DNA of 64,000 nucleotides from Campylobacter concisus (GTDB lineage Bacteria; Campylobacterota; Campylobacteria; Campylobacterales; Campylobacteraceae): NCBI GenBank assembly GCA_018371455.1, contig JAHAKV010000005.1, positions 32,158 to 96,157 of the forward strand, read 5' to 3'. Shown piece by piece: positions 61,418 to 64,000 of this stretch (position 1 is its first letter; each line of letters starts with the position of its first letter). The notes under the pieces were generated by a model. It saw only the letters and a program-made list of their open reading frames with translations, ran no database searches and was not told where the DNA came from. The position numbers and the translations under genes were made by a program.

Positions 61418-63484
61418 GTGAGAAACTTACACAAAGCCTTAGCAGGCTTACTCATGGGTGTTAGTATCTTTGCTTCACAAGCCTGTTGCGAAGAGCATAA
61501 TATGCAGATGTCCGATAAAGCACGTGATGTTATCGCAAATCCTAAAGGCACACTGCAAAGTAGAGGTGTTGTCTCCTTGCAAGACTACGTCGTAGAAGAG
61601 CAAGAGATGTATAACTGGCTATTTAAAAACCACCCTATTTTTACAAAGTATGGTGGCAAAACCGTCGGCAAAATGGTCGTTCATGACCGTGGCTTAGAGT
61701 GGCTTGCCGAGGGACATGGCTTTGATATGTCAAAGCTTAGTAAAAGAGATGGCGGTAAGGGCTATAGCTCTATGATGTATAGAATTCCAGCCACCTCATC
61801 ACTTCAGTTTCCTAATAAATTTGTAGGTCCAGAAAAGTGCGGTGAGTGTCACCCAGCTCAGTATGAGGTCTGGAGCAGATCTCGCCACGCAACTACTATG
61901 CGCTTCCCTGGCGAGCACCCAGAGGTTAATAACAACCTAACTGAGCCAGTATTTGACAAAGATACCGCTTCTATCCTTCCAAAAGGTATCACTCCAGATG
62001 TCATCTATGCAACCGTTGGTCACTTAAGAACTAAGATGGGCTACGTCGATGCCTGGCTACTTCGTGGTACTTACTACGTTGAGGGCGGTTTGCTAAGAGA
62101 TGGCACAGGTCAGATCGTAGCAGGCGGTAACCAATGGCAAAGAACATGGGCGTTAAATTTAGACGACGCAACTGTTAAAAAGATAAAAGAGCTCGTCCCA
62201 GAATTTCCTGGCACGCTTGAAGAGTATGGCGATAATGGCGGATATATTAGAGGTCTTGCCTCATACGCTGCAAAACATAAAAAGTCGATGTTTTTCCAAG
62301 CAAACTCATCATATTGTGAGGTTTGCCACCCAGTTAAATTTGACTTTAAGTCAAAAGCAGAATTTTACGCAGCACTTGGTAATGCCAAAGAGCTTCAAAA
62401 ACACACTATCTCAAAAGGTGTAAGCTGTGAGGAGTGCCACGGAGCTGGCGGTCACCTTGATGGAGCTACAAATTTTAGAACATCAAACTGCGAACGCTGT
62501 CACCAAAGATTTAACTTTAGCCCAGATCTAATGCGAGCTAACCCACTTAATAACGGCAAGCTTGACCTATCACTAAGCTCTAAATTTAAATCAATGGGAC
62601 CAGGATGCGGCTCAGAAGGCTCTCAATCATACTTTACCGCTCACTACGATAAAGGTATGAGATGCGTCACTTGCCACGATCCACACGATAACACAGGTAA
62701 CGTTGTAGGCGATAAGAGCGTAACTGGCATGAACTACAACCCAGATCAAGGCTATCTAAGTGCGTTCTACACTAAACCAAAGATCAAAAAAGATTGTAAA
62801 GATTGTCACGAGACTCAAGCATATATCGCATCAAAAGCAGATACTCACAAAAACAACACTTGTGCATCTTGCCACATGCCATTTATGATGAGCTGCGAGA
62901 ACTTCTACGCTGTTCAGTTCCAAGACAACGCTGGCTTTGATACTCAAAGACGCTCTCACATCTGGAAGATCATGGTCGATCCAAAAGAGAAATCTCTAGT
63001 ACCAGGCGACGCAGCTAAAGGTCCAAGAGATGCTAAAGATTGGCACTTTGAGAGAGATAAAAATGGCCACAACTATGTTGATTTGATGTGGGCATGCGCT
63101 AGAACATCTTGGGCTGATAAAGATATGAAAGATAATAAAGGCTGCCATAGCCCAGTGCTATCTGAGCTAAAACCAACACTTCACTTCAAAAACCAAAAAC
63201 AAGTTTATGATGAGGTTATGGGATGGCAAACTCCAGTTAAAAATGAATTCTCAGAGGTCAAAATAGGCATCGAGGGAATTTACTCACTACTAGAGACTAA
63301 AAAGCTAGATCCAAGTGATAAAGCAAGAGTTTATGAGCTTGTTCAAAACGCTCAAGAGATCATCGATATGGTCGAAAAAGATGGTTCGTGGGGTATGCAC
63401 GGATTTAAATTTACTAAACAAAGACTAGATGCATCTAAAGAGTATATAAAAGAAGCTCAGAGAATTCTAAACAAAAATTTATAG
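61418..63484 (+). CDS. mccA: Octaheme cytochrome c sulfite reductase MccA-type (seven CxxCH motifs plus one CX15CH)
   Basis: Signal peptide; CGECH, CEVCH, CEECH, CERCH, CVTCH, CKDCH, CASCH, plus C-ARTSWADKDMKDNKG-CH (63095-63148), the diagnostic MccA CX15CH. GTG start after an AGGAGGAG RBS. Confidence 0.75.
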   Translation: MRNLHKALAGLLMGVSIFASQACCEEHNMQMSDKARDVIANPKGTLQSRGVVSLQDYVVEEQEMYNWLFKNHPIFTKYGGKTVGKMVVHDRGLEWLAEGHGFDMSKLSKRDGGKGYSSMMYRIPATSSLQFPNKFVGPEKCGECHPAQYEVWSRSRHATTMRFPGEHPEVNNNLTEPVFDKDTASILPKGITPDVIYATVGHLRTKMGYVDAWLLRGTYYVEGGLLRDGTGQIVAGGNQWQRTWALNLDDATVKKIKELVPEFPGTLEEYGDNGGYIRGLASYAAKHKKSMFFQANSSYCEVCHPVKFDFKSKAEFYAALGNAKELQKHTISKGVSCEECHGAGGHLDGATNFRTSNCERCHQRFNFSPDLMRANPLNNGKLDLSLSSKFKSMGPGCGSEGSQSYFTAHYDKGMRCVTCHDPHDNTGNVVGDKSVTGMNYNPDQGYLSAFYTKPKIKKDCKDCHETQAYIASKADTHKNNTCASCHMPFMMSCENFYAVQFQDNAGFDTQRRSHIWKIMVDPKEKSLVPGDAAKGPRDAKDWHFERDKNGHNYVDLMWACARTSWADKDMKDNKGCHSPVLSELKPTLHFKNQKQVYDEVMGWQTPVKNEFSEVKIGIEGIYSLLETKKLDPSDKARVYELVQNAQEIIDMVEKDGSWGMHGFKFTKQRLDASKEYIKEAQRILNKNL

Positions 63485-63528
63485 CATTTAGGGGCTAGTT
63501 TTAGCCCCTTTAATCTTAAGGGTTTGAA

Positions 63529-64000
63529 ATGAAAAATGGGTTTTTAAAATGTTCGCTACTTCTTAGCCTAAGTGTGGCTAGCCTCTTAGCAAATGTCGAT
63601 ACAAACGACTCTTATGCCATAGGCGCAACAAGTGGCGGATATGTTTTAAAAGGACTGCTAGATCAAAAGCAACTAGGTGTTGGCTATGACGCTGATGCAG
63701 TGATAAAAGGCTTTAGCGATGCGCTAAAGAGCGAGCTAAAACTAAGTGATGATGAGATAGCAAAGCTACTAAACAAAAGGGCTGAAAGCTTAGAGAAGAT
63801 AGTAAAAGAAAAAGAGGCTGCCAAGCTAAAAGAGAATTTAGCCCAAGGCAAAGCCTATATGGAAAAAAATGCAAAAAACAAAAATGTAAAAACAACAAAA
63901 TCAAATTTACAATATGAGATCATAAAAAGTAGCTCAAAAGGGGCTACTCCAAAGTCTGAGAGTATCATCATAGTAAATTATAAAGCAAGCTTTGTTGATG
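63529..64000 (+). CDS. mccB: FKBP-type peptidyl-prolyl isomerase (MccB-like), partial at window end
   Basis: Signal peptide plus FkpA/Mip-like N-terminal dimerisation region (…YAIGATSGGYVLKGL…). The ORF runs off the window end. Confidence 0.55.
   Translation, partial: MKNGFLKCSLLLSLSVASLLANVDTNDSYAIGATSGGYVLKGLLDQKQLGVGYDADAVIKGFSDALKSELKLSDDEIAKLLNKRAESLEKIVKEKEAAKLKENLAQGKAYMEKNAKNKNVKTTKSNLQYEIIKSSSKGATPKSESIIIVNYKASFVD

Overview
This 64 kb window is Campylobacter-like chromosomal DNA: low GC, an AAATTT-rich hexamer landscape, and epsilonproteobacterial gene content including a large FlgE, HemJ, ThyX and PycA-type biotin carboxylase. It is probably from a C. concisus/curvus-group organism. 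The window spans the replication-origin neighbourhood (dnaA-dnaN-gyrB), with a DnaA-box cluster in the dnaA-dnaN spacer.

Most of it is dense housekeeping coding: xth, dgkA, prfA, rpsT, glmM, lspA, hemJ, gdhA, infC, thrS, ung, rarA, metF-metE, rpmI-rplT, dapF, coaE, purM, queF, ruvC, luxS, thyX, flgE, nhaC and pyrE. There are also two Cache-domain MCPs and one tRNA-Val.

The 3' end (59.2-64 kb) carries what looks like an mcc-type sulfite-respiration locus. It has an OmpR-type regulator, a sensor kinase with a periplasmic CxxCH motif, an octaheme cytochrome c with a CX15CH motif (MccA-like), and an FKBP PPIase (MccB-like, truncated by the window end).

Other accessory or unusual content:
- A SUKH/SMI1-like immunity-type gene, whose 3' half is repeated as a decayed copy on the other side of gdhA.
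- Downstream of that copy, a ~1.1 kb array of four degenerate ~260-340 bp tandem repeats in a 1.7 kb convergent intergenic region.
- An OmpR-type regulator broken by an in-frame TAG, next to a NapC/CymA-type cytochrome pair.
- An orphan DPPY adenine methyltransferase.
- Two RelE/ParE-type TA modules flanking thyX-flgE.
- A Nim/PNPOx-family protein.
- A QueF with a basic low-complexity tail.
- A possible SRP (4.5S) RNA.
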